64,000 nucleotides of DNA, taken from Eledone cirrhosa (lineage: Eukaryota). The translations under genes and the position numbers were made by a program. The stretch's first letter is position 1. Each line of letters begins with the position of its first letter. This document shows, one piece after another, positions 1-14,348 of this stretch. The stretch is taken from NCBI GenBank assembly GCA_964016885.1, contig OZ024742.1, positions 84,940,001-85,004,000 of the forward strand, given 5' to 3'. A model generated the notes under the pieces. It saw nothing but the letters and a program-made list of their open reading frames with translations, made no database searches and was not told the origin of the DNA.

Positions 1-2383
1 TTCCTATCCATTTCTTTTTGTTCAGCAACATTCCATCTCAGAATTCCCGCACTGTACCTAATAATAGACACAGCTCGGGAATTTACTGCGCTTATGGCAT
101 TTCTGCTGTTCAGATGTGACTTCAATACGCTCCTTACTCTCCTAATGTATTCAGTTCTTAACAATTCCTTCATTTTTTTGTTCTTTATGCCATCAGCCTC
201 CAGAACGCCCAAATACTTGTATCCTTCCTCAGAGTCAATTTCCTTTATCATCTCACCTGTTGGTATCTGGATCCCGTTACTTCTGCTCAACCTACCCCTC
301 TTCATCACAATGACTCCACATTTACCAATACCAAACTGCATATATATATCACTGCTGAAAATACGGACAGTGTCAACAAGCACATCCAACTCCTTCTCAC
401 TTTTCCCGAAGAGCTTAAGATCGTCCATGAAGAGGAGGTGATTGATGGTAAGCTCTCCCCTTCCCAACGTGTATCCTGCGCTCACTTTTCGCAGCATAAT
501 GGTCAAGGGCATCAGGGCAAGGACAAACAACAGAGGGGACAGGCTATCTCCCTGGAAGATACCTCTCTTGATCTTCACGCTTCCCAAGGATACTCCAGTT
601 GATGTCAACTCTGTCTCCCAGGATCCCATACTCCTGCCTAGCAACTGTCTGATGTTATCCGCCACCTTGAAGATCTCCAGGCTTTTGGTGATCCAGGAAT
701 GAGGCACCATGTCAAATGCCTTTCTGTAGTCTATCCATCCCATGGCAAGATCAGTGTGTCTCCTCCTGCAATTCCCCATTACCATCTTATCAATAAGCAA
801 CTGGTCCTTTGACCACGTGACTTCTTTCGGCATCCTTTCTGTTCGTCCGGTAACAAGTTGTTTGTGTGGAGGTGATGGTAGATTTCCTCAGACACAATGC
901 TCGTCAACAGTTTCCACATTACGGGCAGACATGTGATAGGTCTATAGTTGGTAGCATCATTACCCTTGATTCGGTCTTTCATTATCAGAACTGTGGTACC
1001 TTTTGTCAACCACTCTGGCACCTCACCCGACACCAAGCAGTCATTGAACATGGCCGTCAGCTTCGGGTGGAGGGATGTTAGATGTTTAATCCAATACCCC
1101 TGCACACCATCTGGGCCTGGTGATTTCCAGTTGGTTAGTTTTTTGGCTTGCCCCTTAAGAGTTTCAACTGTGATACTCAAATCAGTCTGTTGCTGTGCCT
1201 GCTCACCGATCTCCCTCTGTACTGTCTCAATCCACCCTGCCTGGGCATTGTGTCTAACATCCTGCTCCCATATTCCTCTCCAGAATGTTTTAGTTTGTTC
1301 CGCCCCAGGGATCAAGTCGTTGCCTCTTTCTTTGCCCTCAAGCTGTCCAAACAGCATCTTCTGGTTGTTGTCGAACATGCGGTTCTGTTTATACTGACTG
1401 ACTCTGTTCTCGTATCGCCTGATTTTTGCACTCTTTGCTACAATGCGTTGCTTCAATTCCTCTATGATAATATTTAGCTTTTTACTCCTAGTTTTGTATT
1501 TTATTTCCAGTCTATTTTTAGTGCCTATGTTTTTTAGTGTCCCATTCAGTAGTGACTCAAGCTTTCCTATGTCATTTCTCATTTCCCCGATTTGCCCACT
1601 CAGTCGCTTCTTCCACCACGGCTCTGCTCTTTCTTGTCTGTTGTTTCCTCTCGCTTTTATACCAAGTAGTTTCCTCACCGTATTTGCTGTTGCTCTGAGG
1701 ATATTGTTGCACTGGTGAAGGCTCCTCGCCTCAAGGTATGGGATGACTTTCTTTACCTTAGCTGTTGTTTCTTTTAACTTTTTCCTGTCTACAAATCTTA
1801 GGTTCATAGGTCTCCCACTATCATTGTTCAATTCATCTACTACTAAATTTAGGATGTCAACCGAATCTTGTCCTAGCCCGTCAGCATTCATCTCCTCAGT
1901 GGCCGTATCTCTGTTCCAGGTATTATTTATCTCAGTACTCAGATCATTGTCTGCTTCGGGTGGTTCCTCCGTTCTCAGGACCTCCTCACCTTCATTTCCC
2001 ACCGGCTCGCTTGTCTGGCATACTACACCCGCCATATCCAAGCCATTCTCTCTGCTCAGTTCCTCCAGTTCCAGCTCGCTTATCCACCCATTAGTTCTTA
2101 TTACCCGAGCCTGCCCGGCCAGTTTTTGTTCATCTAATTTAAATAAACCAATCTCGTTCCAGATGTTATGCATCCGTCTCCTGTAGCCCCTCTCCTTGGG
2201 GTTACTTTTCAGGTAGCATTGCATAACAGTTCTATTCAATTCTTTCGTCCAGTTGGTTCTGGCCCCTTTCCTTCTTCTCCTTCCTCCAACATCAGCAGTA
2301 TTTGGTTCACAGTCAGGTTCCTGCTGCTGAGCCAGGGGGCACCTGTTGGGTGAGAGTCTGTCACATGACGTTCTAGTCTCCAT
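1..2383 (-). mobile_element. R4/Dong-clade non-LTR retrotransposon ORF (N-terminal domain + reverse transcriptase), one frameshift, runs off window start
   Basis: ORF 779..2383 has a WTKELN..CY..SNP..RGYRRRM..W N-terminus, KSPGPDG and NYRPITCLP. After a 1-nt loss near 811 the other frame continues KDQLLIDK..WIDYRKAFDMVPHSW..GIFQGDSLSPLLF..HLLFMDDLKLF..YKYLG. Clade assigned from motif recall. Confidence 0.85.
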
Positions 2384-3469
2384 TTCACCGTTATTCGAAC
2401 TGTTTATGTTCGATATTTAAACACTCTTATCGAGGATTGGCGAATGTATGTTTACATAGCCATCTGTGGATCCGCCATCCCACTTGGCCCTTGTGTGGCA
2501 TTATCACCACGCTGTATACGAACACACATAAACAAACAAACACACAGGCAGAAAGGCCCCCAAAAATGAATAAGCATAAATTTCATTGTAATGTAGTGTT
2601 CGAATGTCTGACTTAGTTTTAGTTTTTTAAGTTTTACTTTTTCCCCCCTCTTCTCTGTCCGTCCGCCTGCTTCTCTCTTCATTCTTATTTTCTTTACGTT
2701 TTTGGGGTTTCTTTTTTTTTGTTTTTGTTTTTCTCTGTTTGTTTTTCTCTTTTTTTGCTGTTGTTGCTTAGCTGCTTTGGTTTTGTTGTTTGTTTTTTCT
2801 TTTTTCTTTTGAGTCTATCTATATATTCTGATGCCTTCCTCTTTGTTAGTAGTAGGAATTCTATAATGTGGAAGTAGCAGCCAGCAGGGGGAAGTGGGAG
2901 ACTGGCGGCGTTAGCGATACTGAGACAGTGGTGGTGGTGATGTCGATACCGAGGCAATGGTGGCGGTGATGTGACCGTATTACTGTAGTGATGGTGCTGT
3001 AGCGGAGTCAAGGGGTGGTGGCGGCGGTGATGGGATAGTGGTGGTAATGATGGCCGTAGTGAGCGGTGGCGGTGAAGGTGAAAATGTGTCGTTATCTGGC
3101 TGTTGTGTTTAGTGTACACAGATGATGGGGTGGGTGGTGTATCTAGTTTCTGGTGTTGGTGAGTTTAGCTGTCCTATATAGTGTAGCCAGAGGAGAGGAG
3201 GGGGGGGGGTTCTTCTTCCATTTATAGCCATTTTTTTTTTTTTTTTTTTGGATATACAGTGTACAATACAAAGTTGAATATTTGAATATTTGAATATTTG
3301 AGCCTTATAACAATATATTTTGGGTCCGAATTTTTTGGGGCTCAAGCCGGGTGCTTTACGTAGCATTTGTACTAAGAGTTGTTATTTCACAAATGGTTTA
3401 AATATGTTAAAAATTCAAAACTTACGGGAGCGATTTCATGACCTCCGTCACCTCGTGCGTCTTCTCCCC

Positions 3470-3537
<68 letters not shown>

Positions 3538-3543
3538 TTATTA
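3470..3543. repeat. (TAA)n/(TTA)n microsatellite forming the tail/target of the adjacent Dong 3' end
   Basis: Direct sequence; abuts the 3' UTR of the element at 3544..3900. Confidence 0.9.
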
Positions 3544-3900
3544 TGAGTCTCAGTCATATATGTTAGTTAACTGGAAAGTTTGTTGAAATGAATATCAAGC
3601 CACTACCTGAAGCCTCAGATATTCAGAACGTATCGGAGGGTTCTAGCTGTTCCCAGCAAGCATGCTTTTTGAAGTGTTCCAAAAAGCGGGGCGGGACTAA
3701 CTTTCTTTAACCAGCCCTGGAAACTTTTTGAGATAGTACCTAGTGCGCCTATGACAATCGGGACCACTTTGACTTCATGGCAGTTCCAAACCTTTTTACC
3801 TCCCACTTTAAGTCCTGGTTTCGGTTAATTCTCTCCCTCTCCTTCTCTTGCACTCTCGTGTCCAATGGGCAGGCCATATCCACAATCAGACACGATCTTA
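3544..3900 (-). mobile_element. 3' fragment of R4/Dong element (restriction-like endonuclease C-terminus + 3' UTR)
   Basis: Minus strand reads CLIVDMACPLDTRV..KE.EK then VKVVPIVIGALGTI..LQKACLLGTARTLRYVL*, followed by a short UTR and (TAA)n. Confidence 0.8.
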
Positions 3901-3929
3901 TTTGAACTTTTTTTTACATGTTAAAAAAT

Positions 3930-6900
3930 TTACAAAGAAAAAGAAAACATGGCTGAGCCACGCGCCCCAGCGATATGTCGGCTGTCGTGCGACAACGACG
4001 TAGCAGATGAGAGGAGCGCTACAGCGGACACATTGATAACACAAACACCACCACAAACAAGGCAAACAAAGACACCAATGATACCAATAAGGACACTGAT
4101 TTTGAAAAAAAATGACAGTAACAGCGACAACGAAAATACAGATAACAAAAAAAAAAAAATACCAAATACAACAATATCAACACCACTAACATGAAAACAA
4201 ATAGCGACAACACCAACAGCAACAATACCAACTGCACCGAGAACAACGGTGGCAACAAAGACAGCAATGATAACAGTGACAGTGCTAACAACAACACCAA
4301 CAAGAACAACGACAACAAAACCCCCAACGAAAACAAGAAGAACACTTTCGCTGCGGCAGCAGCAAAAAGAGGCCATGCATTAACATGGACCTCTCAAACA
4401 AAGATGAAAAGTTAGCCCAGGCATGGAAGCTCATCAAGCAAGAACAAACTTGGGCCAACTTAACTGTCTCGGGAGAAGCTATTGAGGCAGTGGAGCGCAA
4501 AACGGTGCATTATAGATGCATCTCAGCACAAACTAAAAGGGCAGCTTTAATCCCACAAGAAGCTGTCGAAGTCGCGCTGAGGTGTATCAGAGAAGACACC
4601 CAGTACATAGAGAGGGGCAGACAGTACGGCACCATTTCGGTGTTGTTCAAGTCAGAAGCCCTCACTATGAAACACGCTAACTCCTTGCAAAACCAGCAAG
4701 CTCATAATGTACCACTCCCACATGGGAAAAAGAACGGCCCGTCTCCGCATTCCCAGAATCCCACCAGTACTTGACATGTGGTGGCTTCTGGGATGTGTGA
4801 TTGTGGAGGGGAAGGATACAGTCCCTATAGAAGTGACCAGTACGGCCAGAGAGGACTGGTCTGGGGTTGACCTGGAGATCCTTCTCCAGATCAGGCCTGA
4901 TAATCTGAAGACAATCCCGGAGCACATCCGCCTTCAGAATGGGACGGTCATTCACATTATGACCGACGGCAAAAGGCCGCAGTGTTTTGTTTGTGGGGAA
5001 AAATCCCATTTGCGAGCCTTCTGCCCTAAACTGCTGAAAGAGGCAAGGGGTCGAAAGGCTCCACTGCTGCTGACGCCGCGGCGAGGACCACAATCAACGC
5101 CAGCACCGGCAAAACCACCAACAACAACACCAATAGAAAGACCACCACCAACATTGACCACCCAGGGGGAAACGAGGAAAGCTGTCAGATTCCCCCTCCC
5201 CGCAAAATACACACACCAATAAAACCATAATAATACATACAGACACACTTACAGACACAGACCTCTCATCAACCAGTAGTGAAAATGAGGGAAATCCAAA
5301 ATCCCCCAAAATACAAAAAAGGAAACACAAAAAGAAAAAAAAATTAACAAAGCACAAAAGCACCCACAATAAAAAAAAGTAGACACCACCCACGCAAACA
5401 TCTCTCGAATAACATCAACACCACCATCACCATCACCAGAATCCCCCAAACGCAAACAACTGAAACAGACGCAAGAACAAATATACACAGAAACATCTGA
5501 AACCACAGACACCACACTCACAACAAACACATACAACCGAAACAACACCACCAAAACCATCACCACCACAGCCACACAAACAAATAAAATCACACCAACA
5601 AAACATACAAAACTTCGTGCTCGTCATGAGGGCCAACAAGGAACTGATCGCCCTCGTAGCACGAAGTGAAAACATACAAAAAGAGGGGGACATTTTTTAA
5701 TCGTGGACATTTCGCGTGCCGGAAGATTTGGTTCTGGTGCGAATGTCGCTCGACATATTCAAAGAAATACGAGACAGCTTTCCTCGGGACGTGGGAACCC
5801 CGAACGTAAAACCCACTTCAAGACTGTTAAAGGGGTTCCCCAAAGAAATCCCACTAACTATGGAGGTCGAACAACTCGACCTTCAAAAGAGCCCGGAAGG
5901 TAAGTAAACTTCCTCTCTCTCTGTTTAACCTGCCAACATGGCCGTATTAAGAATAGGATGTTTAAATGTTCGAGGCCTGGGATCGTCCTGGAAGCAGGGT
6001 CACCTGCTCAACGACCTCAGGTCTATAGAAATGGATGTAATTGCAGTCAGCGAGACCAGGATTTCCGACACGCGCGCACTAGCCCGCATTTTCGACGACT
6101 ATCACATCTTTGCATCTGTTAGCCGGCCGGGAATGGGAGGCGGGGTGGCAGTGCTGTTTAAGTAAGGCCTGGATCTCGAGGTAAGGTCGATCTCCCGAGA
6201 CCCGGACGGGAAGTTGGTGGTCCTGGACGTGAACAATAACGAAGGTGGTGCCTTTAGACTGGTGGCCGTCTATGCTCCTACAGGCGCAGGACGGCCGGAC
6301 TTCTTTAGATGCCTGGAAGCCTTTCTGGGTACGTCTCGCCCTTTATTGTTAGCGGGGGACTGGAACTGCATCTTAGACGCACGCTGGGACTGTGTGGGAG
6401 TATCCGATAGGAGCCGGGGGTGCAAAAGCCTCAGGAACCTGATCAGCCAGTTCCAACTGTCTGACAGGTACCGACTAGATTTATATAATGCGCCAGTGTG
6501 GACCTGGGTTAAACGCATAGGGTCATCTAGATCGTATATAGACAGGATATTCATTAGGAACGTAGACGCTGGACGGACCGGTAAAGTTGCTAGGGGTTTG
6601 GTTCGGGCCAGACCTCCAGGTGGATAAGAATTGGGACGAGGTGACGGCAGGGTCGTCAGTCTCACCCAGAAATGGGCTGGGATGAACCTATCATTGAAAG
6701 GTCGGGCGGAGGTGGCGAACGCGTACATCGCGTCCGTCATCTACTACCGTCTGACTGTCGTCCCTTGCCCCCGTTCGCGCCTCGCCATCTTGGAGCGGCT
6801 CCTCTTCGAATTCTTGTGGAGGGGTCAGGTTCCGCTGGTGAGGCGGTCCATCTGCTGCCAACACCCTCTACGTGGAGGGCTGGGCATGCCGTGGCTAATG

Positions 6901-8037
6901 ATGCGCAGGCACGCGCTGAGGCTGCGGCATCTCCAGATATTCTGCCTAAACGGTGAACGGGTGTGGTCGCCGTTTGTCAGACGGACCTTTCCGCAGCTCG
7001 TTTCTTTGACTGAGTTGCAGTCCTGGCTCAAGGAGAGACCGAAACTGGCTGACTGGCATCTGGAATGTTGCCAGGCACACACTGCCCTCTACCAGGCGGG
7101 CAAGGCGGTCAGTGGAACTTCCACTCTCGAGTTCTATAGAGGATTAGTGGTGGGCAAGTGCGACGACGCACTCGGAGAGGCTCTGGGAGTCAACGAAGTC
7201 GAACTAACCAGTCTGTACCGGAGGACTTTCGAGCCGGACACGATGGATAATTTCCAAAAATCACTCGCTTGGCAGTGCTACCGGGGGGCACTACCGGTTC
7301 GAGATAAACTCTACAGGCACGGAAGTGCTGTCAGACGGACCTGCCCGAGATGCGCGCAGAGCGACGAAACCGTTCTGCACGCACTCGTCCAGTGTCCGTG
7401 CATTACTGACTTGTGGAATTATGTTGAACAGCTGTTGTCGCGTGTAGAACGGATCCGGCTATCGGCCGAGTCCAGAGTGAAGATCGACCCGCCGCCTTCT
7501 TTTGGCCAGGAAGGGCAGGCAATGTTCCTCTGTCTGGTAGCAGTAGCGAAAGAGGTTGTATGGTGGACGGGTTTGAAAGGACTGAAGACAGACACTTTTC
7601 TCTTCGGCCAATCCCTCATCAACTTTTTCAAGTTTCACTTGGAAAGGAAGGTGAGGGTGGAGAGAGAAGTGCTGCATCCCAGTACATTTGCTGAAAGGTG
7701 GGTGAATGTGGCGAGAATGGCCCGTGTGAGTGGGCCTACTCTGGTCATGCGGCTGTAGGTAGGTAAATTTGAAGAGGAGAGGGTGCCCTTCCAGGGTTCT
7801 CTCGAAGCGTCGGATGGTCAGAACTGGTAGGGTATCTGAGCGAACCAGAGGTGGTCACCCTCCCCCCCCCCCTATTGGGGAATGTTTTCTTGTTATAATT
7901 TTCTTGTTACTTTATTGTTACTTTGTTATTGTTACTTTGTTTATTCATATTGTTTACTCGATTTTTCTGTAAAACCCCACTGTCCCAGTCTTTTGTATTG
8001 TCCCCTATATGTCGGCCCTTGTGGCCAATAAATGAAA

Positions 8038-8039
<2 letters not shown>
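3930..8039 (+). mobile_element. Tx1-type (L1 clade) non-LTR retrotransposon, RT deleted
   Basis: Frameshifted ORF1 with CFVCGEKSHLRAFC zinc knuckle (4983-5024); ORF2 APE endonuclease; C-terminal CPRC..ETVLHALVQC; AATAAA at 8027 followed by (ATT)n. Confidence 0.85.
5938..7758 (+). pseudogene. Tx1 ORF2 remnant: APE endonuclease joined directly to post-RT thumb/zinc-finger region
   Basis: LNVRGL, SETR, GGGVAVL, VYAP, AGDWNC and SYIDRIF motifs; stop at 6163-6165; then VKLLGVWFG..NW, LSLKGRA, RGGLGMP, ALPVRDKL and the CCHC finger. No QG/YADD region present. Confidence 0.8.
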
Positions 8040-8070
<31 letters not shown>

Positions 8071-8074
8071 GTAC

Positions 8075-8117
<43 letters not shown>
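8040..8117. repeat. (ATT)n-(TAG)n compound microsatellite, Tx1 tail
   Basis: Direct sequence. Confidence 0.9.
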
Positions 8118-8118
<1 letters not shown>

Positions 8119-8814
8119 ACAGGAAGAGGATGATAATGATGTGGATGAGGAGAGATGACATCAATTCCTAGTGCGAGTAATACAATCTTAGTCGTTAACA
8201 ATTCAACTTATGAGCATTAAATATTGTAGGGATATTTCGGTCATAAGAATTCCTTTTAAAGTGAAATAGATTACAGGAAAATAATTTAGATTATATTTGA
8301 ATACAAAAATAGGTGGTAGGTTCTATATAAATATATCTCCTTGGCTGATTGCCTTGTCTTCATCTTTGCACTCCGGATACTGATGGGAGACAGAGAATTA
8401 CTTATCACAGTTTTGAAGATCTGATTTCAAATTCGCTTGTAACCTATCGCCACATTCAAATATTCTTGCACATTTTTCTAATTCCTTTTTCCTTCGAATG
8501 TGGGATGTAGCAGTCCGCTTATTGAGTGGTAATATATCTATCCTACATAGCTCTTTCTAGTCACCTTGATTAACGTGTAGGTATGCCAACTTTAATGTGT
8601 GAAGAGCATATGTTATACATAATTCGAATTATGAATTTATCAGAGAGAATATAAGCTGGGAATTCGAAATATGTCTGCTATTTCGAAATGGGATGGATTC
8701 TGTGTTTATATTAAATTTAGCGTTGATGTCAGGTTTTAACCTTAATCAGATTCTTTCGTGAGCTTCCTGTCTCAATATCTCCTTACTTTCAGAATGTTGC
8801 ATCGTATCATTTTC

Positions 8815-8975
8815 AATTAATCCTTAGCTGTTAAGTTTTCTTCGCCAGCATGAGATCTCAGTTTCGATTCTACTTCGTGTCATGTTGGCATATGTGTCTT
8901 TATTATTGCCGCGGGACGACAAAAGCTGTGTTGCAGAAATTCAGTACATGGGTACTGCGTGGAGGCCCATCGCAT
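8815..8975 (+). mobile_element. Decayed tRNA-derived SINE
   Basis: B-box-like TTTCGATTC followed by a body resembling a common octopus SINE ending ..GGAGGCCCATCG (recall, not searched). Confidence 0.4.
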
Positions 8976-9568
8976 TGATTGTGCCTAGGTTTGTGACGTA
9001 TCGTATCATGATTATTCCGCTTCGGAATCACATTAATGGTACACGAGTTTGTTGAATATTGAAGCAAATTCTTATATTTGATGGTTTTGTTTAGTTTAGT
9101 GTTTTAAAATACTGAATATTTCCCTCGTATAATATATGGTATTCTAATATCAGTCTACTTTCATTTCTTAGCTGAAATTAGTTCTTGCATTTGGGTATTG
9201 ATTGTTGTAAAATGTCTGGAGACATCCATATAGAGGAGACGGTTTATAATTTTCTGTTGAATTAATAACTAATGGTGGTCTCATGTATCAGTTCTTTTAA
9301 TTATGAGACCCTATTAGGGTGAAATCCAATTTTTCTCAGTATTGAAAGTGTTACTATATTAGTCATTTTAGTCGATATTAATGTAGTATGTGACCAGGAA
9401 CATCATTTCGTTTTGAAACTTTAGGTGTTAACATATAGCTTGCACATACATTTAGGTTGTATAGGATGAAAAGTATATTTTATATATATATATATATATA
9501 TGTAAAGATGAAATCGAAAATGCAATTGGAGTCTTATTTTTAAAAAAATATATATATTTATCTGGTTC

Positions 9569-9604
9569 CTTTACCGGTTTCGCAGTTCTTCTGCTTTTCA
9601 AAAG
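9569..9604 (-). ncRNA. Minimal hammerhead ribozyme motif, U3-A8 variant (family I)
   Basis: CTT TTGAAAA GCAG-AAGAA-CTGC GAAA CCGG TA AAG; palindromic ACCGGT stem III; identical copy at 45326..45361. Confidence 0.6.
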
Positions 9605-9706
9605 TAGAGTTGAGATGGAGGGTCTGTGGTTTTTCTCTAAGAAAAACCACAGACGCCCCCTCGTGTAGGACACCTCGGTTATTTTTCATTTTAAAAAAAA
9701 CCTCAC

Positions 9707-9764
<58 letters not shown>

Positions 9765-11922
9765 TAAAGTCTCCGTGGAGTTATCTATGATCTTACTCAA
9801 TAGTTTGGTCGACATTCCGTCTTTCTGTCGTCTGCGTTTGTTGTTTATTTCATGATTTGCTTTGTGAGTTTTCCAAAGAATTTATTGCTTTGAAGGTTAT
9901 GTCATTATCTGCGGTTATTCTCTTCCGTAGATTCTTTCCTTTGTGGAGGAGGATGTTATGTTTTGTGTGTAGTTGCTTTTGTTTAATATATGTTTCGGCT
10001 ATGTTAGGATATTTTTTGTGTGATTATCATTATATACTTGCATTGCGTGATATTGTTAGTAGCCATATATATTTGAGGTGGTTGTAGTGGGGTAATTATG
10101 ATAACTGTCTGTCATATATCTCTATTAGCTCTATAGTGTTATTGAAATTTAATTTCAAACCTGAATTTCTTTAATTAAACACAGAGTACGTCAATTTTTT
10201 AAAGTGTTTCAATGTGTTGAATATAGTATTGTTGTGAAAGAGACATGTATTTCCTATTTTTGTAGGTAGTTGGTCCAAATGTCTATAAAATGCTAGATTT
10301 TACTGTACTGGGTGTAACAGACTTTGTTCGGGGGAAATGATTTTGAGTGAACAATGCTTCTGAACGACGAGCTTAGTAAATTCGGACCATGCTTAACTTG
10401 CTAATTGGTTTATTAATGGATATATTTATTAATAAATATGTTTGAACCGATTGTGAAACATCATATATTTGTCGTTAGGTTATATGCACAATATATTATG
10501 AGCAGAATTTATCATATGTGAAACGTGATATTCATCGGATATTTTCTTCTTCTTCTTCTTCTTCTTCTTCTCTGCTGTTTTTTCTTCTTTATCTTTATAT
10601 CAGACTTAAGTTTGCATCGATAGTATGCTTGGATGAGTGCAATATCTATCATAACAAACATGTTTATTTCCAAAACGATTTCTGTCTATACCCGGAACAG
10701 CATACAATAAACTGTATCCATATAAGGCTTTCTAAAAGTATTTTCATTGATTGAATTGGTAAGTCGAATGTTTAATCAGTATTGATTTCTGATAGTAACG
10801 GTGTCTGGACAACTGCACAGCTGGGGTACTATGTACATTTCTCATAATTTTATCATCCCAAGAGAAGTTGTTATAGATAGAAGGAGTTATTGTAGCAAAT
10901 AATCAGGGATTATATATGCTTTTTACATTATCTCTGGGCATTGTCAGTTTAACAATTTGCAGTAATGAAGATATATGAGTATTTTTCACAATCACGCTAA
11001 TACATGCATACACACACACACTGTGTAACCACACTAACACACACGTACGCACTCATGCACAAATATATTTGTATACATATTAATGTGGATGTTTGTGGGA
11101 GCATCTATGGAAATACGTACACATACACATACACATACATAAATACACGTATAACTACATATATATGTATTTATATATAAATATATATGTTTATATGTAT
11201 ATATGTTTATATAAATAAACGCACACACATTCACACACACACATACCCACACACCAATACACACACACACACACACACACATATATATGTATGTATGCAT
11301 GTGTGTGTGTGTAGATATAAATACGATAGTGTGTGTGTTTGTTCGTGTGTAGATATATATGTACACGTATATGTATTTCCAAATAAAAATATAACTTTTT
11401 TGTATCAGCGATAATAAATAAATAACGTAATGGCATTCGCACAAAACTGTGATTTATAGCTGTTTCTACTGGGAATTATTGTTCTAAGAACATACGCAGA
11501 CACAGACAAACATAGAGAACCATATATAAGGACACAGACAGACAATCACACAAACACTTACAAGTGCAACACACGCAGATGCAAATGGGCACGCATCCAC
11601 ATACATGGGTGAAGATATAGAGTCACACGTGAACAGATGAAGTCTACTGTCTGCGCCCACATGTCTCAAGAGAATCCTATGTATATATGGGTTATTTTAT
11701 ATATACACGTACATGGACACACACACATAATCACACACACACAAACACAAACACACACACACAAACACACACACATACACACACAGTATATATATATAAT
11801 TCTTATATGAGTGGCTATGTGAACATGCGTGTGAGATTCTTTATGGGTGCATGAATATTTGCTCTAATGACTAACAATTCAACTGTCTTTAGAAATTATT
11901 CATTCAGTAAAACAACTAAATG

Positions 11923-12033
<111 letters not shown>

Positions 12034-12249
12034 GGCTTCTACAGGACTAGAACTGTTTCAGTTTCCTGATGATTTCCTTCGAATGAAACAGTTTGAGTCC
12101 TGTAGAATGCATTTCTATATTAGATATTTATACTCTGCTATGTATTAAGTGCCTTACTTACTCTGGTTACCTATATATCTGGTTATATATATATATCATT
12201 TGGATACGTCGGCATATGTGATGTAATAATAATAATAATATCGATAATG

Positions 12250-13820
12250 ATTTATTTATTATTGGCCACAACGGCTGAACATAGAGGACAATACAAAGAC
12301 GGGGACAGTGGTGGTTTACAATAAAATCAAGAAAAAACATGAAGATAACAAAAAAACTATTAACAATAAAAAATATAATAATTCAAATTCGCCGATAGTT
12401 GTAATGACCGACCAGATACGACATTGATCATCTACTAATGCTGAAACCGCCGACAATTCGAGAGCACCATGGAATGGCACCCTTCACACCCTCAAATCAA
12501 CCAACCTGCATTCACCTTTGAGCAAATAGTCTGCGGGTCAGCACTTCCATCTCCACCTTCCAATTCCTTTCCATGTGAAAGTTGAAAAGTTGGATGAGTG
12601 ATTGGTGGAAGACTGAAGTGTCTATCTTCACTCCTTTCAGCCTCGACCACGACACAACCGTTTTCGCTAGTTTCCAGGAAGAGAAAAACTGCCTGCCATT
12701 CCAGGCCAAAACGAGGCGGTGGAGCGATCTTTAATATGGACTTGGTCAATAGCCCGATCCGTCCAATACGCGATAACAGCTATTGACAAACTCCCCAATT
12801 GAGTAATCCACGGATACTGGACAATACCTACAGAACGCTTTCATTACTCTGCGCTCAACACGGACAGGTCCGACTGACCGCACTTCTGTGTCTTTAGTGT
12901 TTATCTCTTCTGGTAACATTGTAAAGCGTATCATTTCGAGAGGTTTCCATAACTCCCAGCCAGAAATTCTTCAGTTTAATTTCATCGACGACCGGCGCCT
13001 CTCTGAGAGCGCAGACACACTTGCACATCTCAATCTTCTATTGAGTGGAATTTCCGCAGATCGCATTGCCCGCTTTGTTGTGGTAAAAGAACGGCTGGCA
13101 GCATTCCAGATGCCATGCGCCCAGTCTCAATCTATACTTGACCCGGGACTGAAGCTCACTCAAAGAGACGAAAGTCAGAGAGACATGTCACACAAACGAC
13201 GACTACACCTGTTCACCATTGAGGCAGAATATCTGGAGATGTCATAACCAAAGATCATGACAACACATCGTCACCCAAAACATATCTAGCTCTCTGCGTA
13301 GAGAGTGGTAGCTGCAGATGGACGGCTTCACAAATAGACTCTGATCCTTCCACAACAAATTGAATAGCAGTCGTTTCAATATTGAGCGGTGACAACAGGG
13401 GCATGGTAGATAATGAGGCCGTAATACATGAAGGACACGATAAAGACGTTCGCTCCCACTGCCTTACCATTCAGGGATAGCTTCCTGATGCCCCATTTCT
13501 GAGTGAGTATAGCCATACTGCACTTTATCTCGTGTCATTTCTCTTAAAAGAGTAGGGGTGATCTGAAACAGACAACGAGCAACTTCACAGGGTCGTCCGC
13601 CAAAATCGGACGTCGCTGTTGAACGGCAGGGATTTCCTTCCCCGGGTGCCAAGCTGCAAGCCCACTGACTTTTCCGGGTTCAGATATATTTCCGCCAACC
13701 TTCAACTCCTCCAAGAATGGGCCGATTTTCTATGTGTTCGAAAGCACCACGCTTATACCGTCCGCATATGCCGACGCAGCCCTTGCACGTCGCCGTTCGA
13801 GGGATTCCCTGCGACAGTTT
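12250..13820 (-). mobile_element. Older 5'-truncated copy of the same Tx1 family
   Basis: 12250-12320 is the reverse complement of the 3' end at 7968-8039, with a TAA tail at 12224-12249. KIAPPPRFGLEWQAVFL matches KIDPPPSFGQEGQAMFL. SAYADGISVV (YADD remnant) lies near 13750-13775. Confidence 0.75.
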
Positions 13821-14025
13821 GAGATTTCGTATTACAAACTGTTTTAAGTGTATATATGTATGATCTGTATACATATATGTATTAAATTAAATATGTATGT
13901 ATATATTTATATACTTATATAATATGGGCGTATATATATATCGTATATATTCATATATTGCCGCATGTATATATGTATTTGTATATGCATAAATTTGTGT
14001 CTGTGTATATAAGTTTTTATATACG

Positions 14026-14338
<313 letters not shown>

Positions 14339-14348
14339 AACCAGTAAG

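Noticed and set aside
94-2353. Plus-strand ORFs over the first element
   Set aside because: Antisense shadows of the Dong RT frame.
8300-10900. Very old LINE/PLE-like remnants (also 21200-22100 and 47200-47900)
   Set aside because: Only compositional hints and isolated residues; cannot be supported by eye.
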